From NCBI GenBank assembly GCA_965202585.1, contig OZ241826.1, positions 29,326,001 to 29,390,000 on the forward strand: 64,000 nucleotides of DNA. Reading direction: 5' to 3'. The translations under genes were made by a program, and so were the position numbers. The first letter of the stretch is position 1, and every line of letters starts with the position of its first letter. The notes beneath the pieces were generated by a model that saw only the letters and a list, made by a program, of their open reading frames with translations, was not told the origin of the DNA and searched no databases. The DNA is from Thalia democratica (taxonomy: Eukaryota). This document shows positions 40,354 to 50,662 of this stretch, one piece after another.

Positions 40354-43141
40354 CAGTGGCGTAGCGTGGTGTTTTGGTCAGGGGGTGCGCAAATTTTTTT
40401 CTCAAAAAATCCCCTAAGTTGCAACTTTTGCAATTAACTATAAAAAGATCGTTTATAAGTAATATAATTGAAATAAATTCATTAAGTAAAATAAGTTCAA
40501 AGCAACTGTTTTAAAAAATAGTTATTTATTACAAAATTAAATAATTAAAAAAAGTGTAAACTTTATTCGAATTACTTATACTTATACAAATGTAAACTTA
40601 CTTCGAGGTCGATTTTCTTGGAAATTTAAAAGATTATTAAAAATCTATCTTCTTCTTCATTTTTCAAGCAATCTTTATAAATTTTATAAAGTGATCCTTA
40701 CTTTACAAAAAAAAAAACGTAATTTATGAATTTTGATAATTAAAATAAATATATATTTTATAAAAAAACTTTAAAATTTATTTTTATTTTTCATAAAAAA
40801 TACATTGTTACTACAATTTTTTTAAATTCACAAGTAATGTTATTTTATTATTGTAAAAAGATTAAACTGTTAAAGTTTGAAGAAGATTGTTTGAAAAATG
40901 TAGGAGGAGATAGATTTTAAACAAAATAGTCTTTCTCGCTGTTTTAGTTTTCCCTTCCCATAGGGAACCTATTATGCGGCCCAACTTTGACTAGTCATAT
41001 CTCAAAAAATAATTCGAATTTTTTATAACAATAAAAAGCACCTTATTGCTTAGAAAAAGTTTTATAAGTTAAGATCAACTTCTAAAAAACATGGCTTACC
41101 CCCCTATGGCCTTAAACTACAAATAAATAGTCAACTAAGTATAACAATTAATGCCTCTAAACATTTTCTCTGTGCATTTTCTATATAATTTTTAATATCT
41201 ATTTTATATCAACAAATAGAATTGTATTAAACTAAAAATAACTCATACTTTTAGTTTGTTGCAGCTTTTAATATACTATCTCTATCTTTTATATAAAAAT
41301 GTTAAATCTTCAGTATTAAAATTAAAAGTCTTAAATTTTTTATTTATTTGTAGTAAAAATCTAAAGAGCTAGTTTTTTTTAACTTCTACATTTTTGGCTA
41401 TATTACAAAATAAAACTGTAAAAATATATCTTAACGAATGAAGAAAATCTGAAATATAAACAAAAACTAAAATTTCATACCACTTGAACTGCAGTCTTGA
41501 GTAATAGCAATATCTGGTGTTGGTCTGCTATTTTTCAATTCAAGTTTTTGAACTTCAGATAATTTTCCTATCTGACATATTTTTAGATTTGCAACATTCC
41601 ATACAATACTACTTTGCATATTTTTTTAAAATAATAGTCTAAAAATTAATGAAAACAGATTTTTACTTTTTATTTAGTATTATAAAACAAATTTTCAAAA
41701 AAAAACAAACAACTTTGAAGGTATCAGGATTGCCTTGCCACTCTTTGAGTCAAAATAACTGTCCTGAGTTAGTTTAAAAATATCATGTGTCATCATAGGC
41801 GTTTTAAATTATTTCAAAGATATTTTTTATTGTTTTTAAACTAATAGAAACTAGGCTCTTAAAAAAAAGCTTTTAAAACCACTAAATCTACCCTGAGTTA
41901 ACAAAAAAACAAATATATCCTTAGTCAGCCTGAGCTTAAAAATACTTAATTTTATAAAATATTAAAAAAGTTATCCTGGTTTTAACTGAGTCATACTAAA
42001 GTTTTCCAAAACTTCATAGAATCTTGAGTTATCCTGAGTGTGTGGAAAGATTTTACTAAATGTTTCTGATACAAAACAAAAAATTTAAAAGATAAATTTT
42101 TGAAGGTCAACCTTTTCCATGCTTTTAAAAATTAACAAGAAATATAGCTTTTCATTTATCTTGAAATTTTCTATGATCTTTAGGGAATAGCATTTTTTAA
42201 ATACTACAAACAGTAGGTAGAAAGATTTTTTTTTAATTACCATTTAAACTTGATTTAAAATTAAATAAATTTAAGTTTAAAATTAATCAATTAAGTATTT
42301 AAGACTAAATATTGATTGTAAAAAATCTGTTTTACAAGTTGCTATAATATTATTCATGATGTGACTGAAGAAATTTTAAAATAACTAGCTACAAAAATTG
42401 ATTAATTTTTAAACTTTATGGCTGATAGAATAGCAAAGTTTGATTTGTTTGTTATCTTAATAAAAAAAGAAACTACTTTTAATAAAAATTTTAAGTTTAG
42501 GGTAATTTAAAGAATACTTTTTGTACAGTTAGATTAAAACTGCAATCACAGTATGAACTGTTTATTTAATATTTGTTTTAATTTTTATTTTTATTGTTAT
42601 TTATCTTTTAGATTATGTTGTTAATATTTTTTGTTCTTATTATCAATTTATTTTAGTTTTATTAGCAGTTATTAATTGCTATTTTTACTACTATTTGTTT
42701 ATTCTTGAATCATTATCACTATAAAACAGGTTTAGCTTTATGGTTTGCTAACAAAATGTTAGCATTTGTCCTTGTAGTAAATTCTTTCATAAGGTTATAC
42801 TACTGCGGTGCACTAACTGATTGCGTACTGTTTGAGTGTAAATTCTTATGAAGTTAATGAAGTTATAAAAATTTTCCTAATGGAGTTTTGCATCAACATT
42901 GGTGCACATTTGAAATTACGCACCGAATCAGTATACTGGGTGATTTCCCTAACTTGTCAATAATTGGTATTTCAAATTTCGTTTTACTTTTCAAATACTA
43001 GAAAAATTTAGTTGAAAAACGGCAAATTAATCAGAAAAAATAAACAATAAAGAATAAAGATATTACATTTTTTTTACTTCTTTATTTTTCTTTTTTGGGT
43101 GGCACGCATGCGCCAGCGTCCCTCCCCACGCTACGCCCCTG
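40354..43141. mobile_element. hAT-superfamily DNA transposon, probably non-autonomous, 2788 bp
   Basis: TIRs CAGTGGCGTAGCGTGG (40354-40369) and CCACGCTACGCCCCTG (43126-43141) match 15/16. Perfect 8-bp TSD GTACTAGC (40346-40353, 43142-43149). The empty site is visible in paralogues (gtaatagccaattctgg at about 4671 and 29530). Confidence 0.93.
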
Positions 43142-44483
43142 GTACTAGCCAATTCTGGTTTGACCTAAATTTGTGACAAAAATTCTGATCCAACTAATCA
43201 TATTTGAAAGCTATCTCAACGAATTATCTTGTTTTGGGTCAAACACTCAAACTACAACAAGCTACGACCATTTGAAAAAAAAATTAAATCCTGATCTGAA
43301 TCTAATTTTTCTTTAGTGTGTAGTTGGATCCGGATTTGGGCAAGCTATTGTTAGATCTATCGCTTAGATCCGTCAACCACTAATTACAACTTTTTTAATG
43401 TAAAAAACTAGTTAATTTAAATTAAACTAACTAAAATTATAAAAATGTAAATGTTATGCCTTTACTATAATTTATTTAATTTTTTTTATGAACTTTCTGA
43501 ATTTTTAATAAAAAATAAGCATATTTGAATATTCTTTTAATTTTAGTCGTTTTTTACTCTTTTACGATAGTTAAACTTTTATTTTCTTAAGTTCATATAA
43601 ACTTTCCTTAATATTGAAGAGGATTTTAGAAACTTAGGTATAATAAGTCTAATAAAAAAAAAAGCATTTAATATTTAGAGTTTGAAAAACTGTTTTTCAT
43701 ACTACTTATATACAGAGTTGAAAAAGATTTTTGCCAAATTATTTCCGAGTTTTCCTCCAGGTTTTTTAAAAGTACACATTTTTTGGTCTATATTTAGTTT
43801 AAAGTTAAGTTAAGGTAAGAAACTGTGTTAAATAGTTTATATAATATTAAAAAGATACTCTAAAGCTACTTTAGCTGTGTTTTTTTAAACTTTATAAATA
43901 TTTAAAATAGATTTTGTGAGTCAAATCGAAATTTACACACTAAACATGTTAAAATTGTTAAAAATTCCAGGCTTTTCCAGGTTTTTTAGCCTAAATAGTC
44001 AAATTTAAGGTTTTATCAAGGTTTTAAGGTTTCTTGGCAGCCTGTATATAAATTAAAAGTGTGTATCTCAAAATACAAAAATAATTGACAATGTTTATAA
44101 TAAAATAATATAAATAAATACTCAATAATCTTTGATTAACATTTAGCAAACTTGTAAATTTAAAAAAATATATGATTGAAAAAATACGACCTATACAAAA
44201 GTTTTAACAAAACTTATGTCTCAAAAGTGATATGTATCACTTCCAAATAAAAATAAAACGACATGTAGTCTGTAAAGTGATTTTTTTTAGGAGTCCTTGC
44301 TCGTGCGACAAAATACTTAGTGCTAATACATTCAATTACTTTTATAAATAAATGTTTTATGTTCATAAATGTTTCTCACTTGAAACTTTTGAGTTATCAA
44401 AACTTAATAAACTAATGCTACATTTATAAGAAGGACTAGTATTTAGACAGTTTTTAATAAAAATTAACAAATATATAAGTTAC

Positions 44484-47400
44484 CTGAAAAATTCTTGGTT
44501 GGCTAGTATAAGCAACAGGGTAAGGATAAACCAAAGGATTATAACCAAAAGAATTCAAAAGTGCCCTAATGTAATTGTCTTGAGCAGTATAGTATGCTAG
44601 TGCTGCATTGTGCATATTTTAAGCAAAATAATTTGTAGGTGGTCGAAACCTGATGTTTTGAATATAAATATTAGAAGGTGCTCCAATGTTATTGTTTTGA
44701 GCATAAGTATTAGAAGGTGCTCCAATGTTATTGTTTTGAACATAAATATTAGAAGGTGCTCCAATGTTTTTGTTTTGAGCATAAATATTAGAAGGTGCTC
44801 CAATGTTATTGCTTTGAGCATAAATATTAGAAGGTGCTCCTATGTTATTGTTTTGAGCAGAAGAATTAGAATGTGCTCCAATGTTATTGCTTTGAGCATA
44901 AATATTAGAAGATGCTCGAATGTTATTGCTTTGAGCATTAATATTAGAAGGTGCTCCAATGTTATTGTTTTGAGCATAAATATTAGAAGGTGCTCCAATG
45001 TTATTGTTTTGAGCATAAATATTAGAAGATGCTCCAATGTTATTGTTTTGAGCAGAACAATAAGAAGGTGCTCCAATGTTATTGTTTTGAGCATAAGTAT
45101 TAGAAGGTGCTCCAATGTTATTGTTTTGAGCATAAATATTAGAAGATGCTCCAATGTTATTGTTTTGAGCATAAATATTGGAAGATGTTCCAATGTTATT
45201 GTTTTGAGCATAAATATTAGAAGGTGCTCCAATGTTATTGTTTTGAGCATAATTATTAGAAGATGATCCAATGTTATTGTTTTGAGCAGAAGAATAAGAA
45301 GGTGCTCCAATGTTATTGTTTTGAACATAAAAATTAGAATGTGTTCCAATGTTATTGTTTTGAGCAGAAGAATTAGAATGTGCTCCAATGTTATTGTTTT
45401 GAGCATAAATATTAGAAGATGCTCCAATGTTATTGTTTTGAGCATAAATATTAGAAGATGCTCCAATGTTATTGTTTTGAGCATAAATATTAGAAGGTGC
45501 TCCAATGTTATTGTTTTGAGCATAAATATTAGAAGATGCTCCAATGTTATTGTTTTGAACATACGAATTAGGATGTGCTCCAATGTTATTGCTTTGAACA
45601 TAAGAATTAGAATGTGCTCCAATGTTTTTAGGTTGAGCATAAATATTATAAGATGCTCCAATGTTATTGTTTTGAGCATAAATATTAGAAGATGATCCAA
45701 TGTTATTGTTTTGAGCATAAATATTAGAAGATGCTCCAATGTTATTGTTTTGAGCATAAATATTAGAAGGTGCTCCAATGTTATTGTTTTGAGCATAAAT
45801 ATTAGAAGGTGCTCCAATGTTATTGCTTTGAGCATAAATATTGGAAGATGCTCCAATGTTATTGTTTTGAGCATAAATATTAGAAGGTGCTCCAATGTTA
45901 TTGTTTTGAGCATAAATATTAGAAGGTGCTCCAATGTTATTGTTTTGAGCATAAATATTGGAAGATGCTCCAATGTTATTGTTTTGAGCATAAATATTAG
46001 AAGATGCTCCGATGTTATTGTTTTGAGCAGAAGAATTAGAAGGTGCTCCAATGTTATTGTTTTGAGCATAAATATTAGAATATGCTCCAATGTTATTGTT
46101 TTGAGCAGAAGAATAAGAAGGTGCTCCAATGTTATTATTTTGAGCATAAATATTAGAAGGTGCTCCAATGTTATTGTTTTGAGCATAAATATTAGAAAGT
46201 GCTCCAATATTACTGTTTTGAGCATAAATATTAGAAGGTGCTCCAATGTTATTGGTTTGAGCATAAATATTAGAAGATACTCCAATGTTATTGTTTTTAG
46301 CATAAATATTAGAAGATGCTCCAATGTTATTGTTTTGAGCATAAATATTAGAAGGTGCTCCAATGTTATTGTTTTGAGCAGAAGAATAAGAAGGTGCTCC
46401 AATGTTATTGTTTTGAACATAAATATTAGAAGGTGCTCCAATGTTATTGTTTTGAACATAAATATTAGAAGGTGCTCCAATGTTATTGGTTTGAGCATAA
46501 ATATTAGAAGATGCTCCAATGTTATTGTTTTGAGCATAAATATTAGAAGATGCTCCAATGTTATTGTTTTGAGCATAAATATTGGAAGATGTTCCAATGT
46601 TATTGTTTTCAGCATAAATATTAGAAGGTGCTCAAATGTTATTGCTTTGAGCATAAATATTGGAAGATGCTCCAATGCTATTGTTTTGAGCATAAATATT
46701 AGAAGGTGCTCCAATGTTATTGTTTTGAACATAAATATTAGAAGGTGCTCAAATGTTATTGCTTTGAGCATAAATATTGGAAGATGCTCCAATGTTATTG
46801 TTTTGAGCATAAATATTAGAAGGTGCTCCAATGTTATTGTTTTGAACATAAATATTAGAAGGTGCTCCAATGTTATTGTTTTGAGCATAAATATTGGAAG
46901 ATGCTCCAATGTTATTGTTTTGAGCATAAATATTAGAAGGTGCTCCAATGTTATTGTTTTGAGCATAAATATTAGAAGGTGCTCCAATGTTATTGTTTTG
47001 AGCATAAATATTAGAAGATGCTCCAATGTTTTTGTTTTGAGCATAAATATTGGAAGATGTTCCAATGTTATTGTTTTCAGCATAAATATTAGAAGGTGCT
47101 CCAATGTTATTGCTTTGAGCATAAATATTAGAAGATGCTCCAATGTTATTGTTTTGAGCATAAATATTAGAAGGTGCTCCAATGTTATTGTTTTGAGCAT
47201 AAATATTAGAAGATGCTCCAATGTTATTGTTTTGAGCATAAATTTTAGAAGATGCTCCAATGTTATTGTTTTGAGCATAAATATTGGAAGATGTTCCAAT
47301 GTTATTGTTTTGAGCATAAATATTAGAAGATGCTCCAATGTTATTGTTTTTAGCATAAATATTGGAAGATGTTCCAATGTTATTGTTTTGAGCATAAATA

Positions 47401-47963
47401 TTAGAAGGTGCTCCAATGTTATTGTTTTGAGCATAAATATTAGAAGATGCTCCAATGTTATTGTTTTGAGCAGAAGAATAAGAAGGTGCTCCAATGTTAT
47501 TGTTTTTAGCAGAAGAGCTAATAGGTGCAGCAAAATTATTATTTTGGGCAAAATAGTTAGAAGCTCCCATGTTACTGAATTAACTTAAAGAGTAAGTAGG
47601 TGATCTTGTGTTACTGTTTTGACTAAAAGAGTAAATAGGTGCTCCTGTTTTATTGTTTTGAGCAGAAATTTCAGCAGGTCTTCTAGTAGGGTTGTTATGA
47701 GTAGAAAGATCAAGAGGTGTACTAAAAAAAATTTCATTTCAAAGAGTGAAATTATTATTCGCTGTAGTATTAGTTGTTGGATATGCTCCAGAAGTTTGAA
47801 CACTTGAAACAGAAGTTGAACTAGGAAAACCTTCAGCATTGAACCTATCACTCTCACCATTAGACTGTGTCAAGTCAATTGTTTCTTCTTCTTTTTGCTT
47901 TTTGTTCTGGGTCAAATCAATGATCTCACCAACTCTCGTGTTTCCATTTCTGGACGTTTCCTC
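44484..47963 (-). pseudogene. Giant 1160-codon exon: two SIMs plus about 80 x 13-aa N/S/A-rich repeats, interrupted by five stops
   Basis: Acceptor ttccag|GAGGAAACG is homologous to the class II exon-2 acceptor. One frame runs EETSRNGNTRVGEIIDLTQ..ETIDLTQ.., then (NNNIGA[P/S]SNIYAQ)n, then ..YTSQPRIFQ|gtaact. 3480 nt with no frameshift. Stops at 47741, 47582, 46751, 46634 and 44621. Confidence 0.75.
44560..47760. repeat. 39-bp minisatellite, about 73 regular plus about 8 degenerate flanking units
   Basis: Consensus (+) aatgttattgttttgagcataaatattagaagg/atgctcc. Unit length is preserved throughout; counts are estimated from span/39. Confidence 0.97.
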
Positions 47964-48519
47964 CTGGAAAAAAATATTTAAAACTTGATAATTTTTTTTT
48001 AATTCAGATTAAAATTTACTGCAAAATTTTCTATGACTTATATGGTTAGTTATATTAAGTAACCTTTTTTTTCATACGTTTTTTACTGTTAGGTAAAATA
48101 GGAAAAAGTTTTTAGTATGCAAAAATATTCTTTATATTATTTGTTTCTAACTTATTAATCAAAAGTTCAGCGTGATATTTTCTTAGTGTCATAAGGGGTG
48201 CGGAACAAGATTAACTTAAATGTTGTCTTTTTTATGCTAGCCTGAGCTAAAATTTAATGATAAAACTTTTTAGAAATTAAAACTACCTTGGTCTAAAGCA
48301 GTTTATGTTGCCTTTTGGTGTTTAAAATTTCTACTTCATTTATCACAAAATTTAACAGAATGTAAATTCATTGAACTTTATCAACGAGCAACAAGTTCAA
48401 CTTTACAAGATAAAAGCCAAAACTCGTTGGTTTATTATTTATACAGTATATTATAAACTAGACCATCCTAACATCGAGTTAAAACATAACATAGGGTTTA
48501 TTGGTTCACATCGTGTTTA

Positions 48520-48592
48520 GTTACAGCTCATTTTTTCCGTTAGCAGGCATCTCCAAATTTGCATGATAGGAAGCTGTGAAATGGTATCTAAT
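48520..48592 (-). pseudogene. Decayed Tis11/TTP-type CCCH remnant (paralogue of 20131-20215)
   Basis: Reads PFHSFLSCKFGDAC, then a deletion of about 10 nt, then (H)GKNEL. Confidence 0.55.
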
Positions 48593-48900
48593 TAATACTT
48601 TTTCACTGTTAAGGTACCGGCATGTTATATTTTTATTTGTTCGGTATCTAAACCTTATAACAAAATATTGTTAAAATTAAATAGCTTTTTAGTTCAATGA
48701 TTTTTTAGCCAATACTAATAACATAAATTTCTTGTTTTTTACCATTGTCGTATTTATACAAATTCGATATATATATATATATTATTTTAAATAACTAAAG
48801 TTAAACTACTTATGCGTACTTTAAAAACTAGTAAAAAAATAAAATCAAAATTTTATAATTTATCTGAATTATTTCAACACAAAAACAGAAAACGACCTTT

Positions 48901-50662
48901 TTAGTCGCAAACAAACACGTGTTTGCAGTTTGGGGCACGTGTTGTGATCTTCAAACCACTTGGTGGCACATTCAGTGCAGAAAACGTGCTTCCCGTCACA
49001 ATCGAGCTCGATCAGCTGCTTGCCGGGTTCGAAATCACTCTGGCATATCGTGCACGCATCGTTTACGTTCGACTTGTCGGCAGTGAATTTCCTGAACTTT
49101 TCCACTCTCGAATTTGTTAGACCTGTACGGAATATTTAATTTTAGAATGTTTTGTATACGTTTTAATTACTTTAAAGGGTTGGTAGCTTATTTTTTTCCG
49201 GTTTAAAGAACGAGTTAACTAGGTATTGGGATAATATTACATCTTGATGAGTGTTTAGAAGAAAATTATGATTTTGAACTAAATCATAATTTTATTGTAT
49301 TTTAAAAGCTTAACGAAGATTTGATTTGTCTTAAAAGTTACAAAAAAAAGTAAATAGATATTTTTAAAATGAATTTGTCAAACAAAACCTTGAGGTGGCA
49401 GTTCCCAATCGTCACTGTCGTCATCATTTTTGTCATCACTGTCAAAGAAGGAACCGTAAAAATCAATGACGCCATAACCGAAGAAATCAATGACGTCATT
49501 TTCGACGTCATCACAGACGTCATCACCGACGTCGATTGGTTCTTCTTTCTTTTCATTTTCGTTCTGCGTTACGTCAATGATCTCATCGGCTCTTGCATTT
49601 TCATTGATTGACGTTTCCTCCTGAAAAATTTTAATTGAAAACTTGTTAAAAATTTTATTAGTTCAAAAAATGTATTGCAGAATGTCCCTTAACTTTTATA
49701 GTTAGTGGAAAAAGTAATAATTATCTTTTATGAGCTTTATCAAAACAAGTAAAAATTATAAAGTACCGAAATGCACTATAACATTACAACATTATATTAG
49801 TTGTTTCTAAAATGCTTATTAGTAATACTTTACAGTTGTTTAAAAACTGGTATATTAAAACTAAAGATATTTTTATATAAATTTTCATATTGAAAATGCA
49901 AAAATAATTTTAGGAAATTAAAAAGGCACAGTTTGACCTAAAACATAATGTAAAGCAACTACATAGACTTAATTTAACAAAACTGCTTCTCATCATTTAA
50001 AACTTATGATGTTTTTGGTTTTTGAGCTATTGTACTTTGTATAATTATTAGTACTGCAGCATCAACAGTTTTTAGGGCTTAAAGATAATCAGCTTTAGCA
50101 ATAACAATCATAAATAAAAATAACTTATCAAGTGTAAAATTGATAGGAAAAATACAAAAATTTTACAATTAATTTTTTAATGCTAGATTTTAATTTGAAT
50201 TTACTTACAAATTACGTTTTAAAGTTTTACTAACAAAAAAAAATTAAAAACATATAAGAAATAATAATAGTTCATTAAAAACAATACAAAAAAGAATACT
50301 AAACTTACTCTTTGTCAAAAAAATTATATTTTAAATGAATAAGTGTTGAAATTAATGTACTCCAATTAACTACAAAAAAAATCTTTAAAATTTTAGAGTA
50401 ATATACAAGTGGGTAAAACAAAGGAATAGTATTAGCTGTTATTGTTAATTAACTTCTTTTTTTTCGTTTCGTTGCTACTTTCAACTTTATGAATTGTCTT
50501 TTGCTATAATACCATGCTAAAAACTGTTTTTTTTATAATTAAAGTTAACCTGTAAAAAAAGAAAAATTACAGACAACATATTTAATATATAAAGAAGATA
50601 ATTAAAAACATTACCTGCACATTATTATGCGTAGAAATATTATTTAAAACCTTTTTATCCAT
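48901..50662 (-). pseudogene. Class II SIM-acidic-RING gene, copy b, with a +1 frameshift before the last Cys (or an assembly indel)
   Basis: Exons 50662-50615 (MDKKVLNNISTHNNVQ), 49620-49389 (EETSINENARADEIIDVTQ..EPIDV..WELPPQ) and 49122-48901 (222 nt versus 221 in paralogues). An extra T at 48929-48931 turns CPNCK into CPKLQTR. Confidence 0.8.

Larger units (their letters stand above)
37990..44230 (+). repeat. Older, diverged paralogue (block Z) of about 2130-5830, interrupted by a hAT insertion
   Basis: Collinear similarity from ..aatagtgatttat.taagttacgaaatc to ..tatacaaaagtttt.acaaa. Noticeably lower identity than block X. Confidence 0.85.

Noticed and set aside
44230-44484. Possible private RING exon directly after the giant exon
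   Set aside because: No CxxC or HxFC pattern found. The nearest RING is the one at 38583-38803.
44840-47551. 903-aa ORF of (MLKTITLEHLLIF)n, superficially LRR-like or membrane-like
   Set aside because: Shadow frame of the 39-bp array. It has no unique N- or C-terminus, whereas the NNNIGASSNIYAQ frame is continuous with a homologous SIM exon and splice sites. One stop versus two within the regular array is not informative.
44610-47588. Plus-strand ORFs of (SINIRRCSNVIVL)n (218, 137 and 625 aa)
   Set aside because: Antisense translations of the same minisatellite.
44560-47760. CRISPR-like regular repeat
   Set aside because: Units are head-to-tail with no unique spacers, and the context is eukaryotic.
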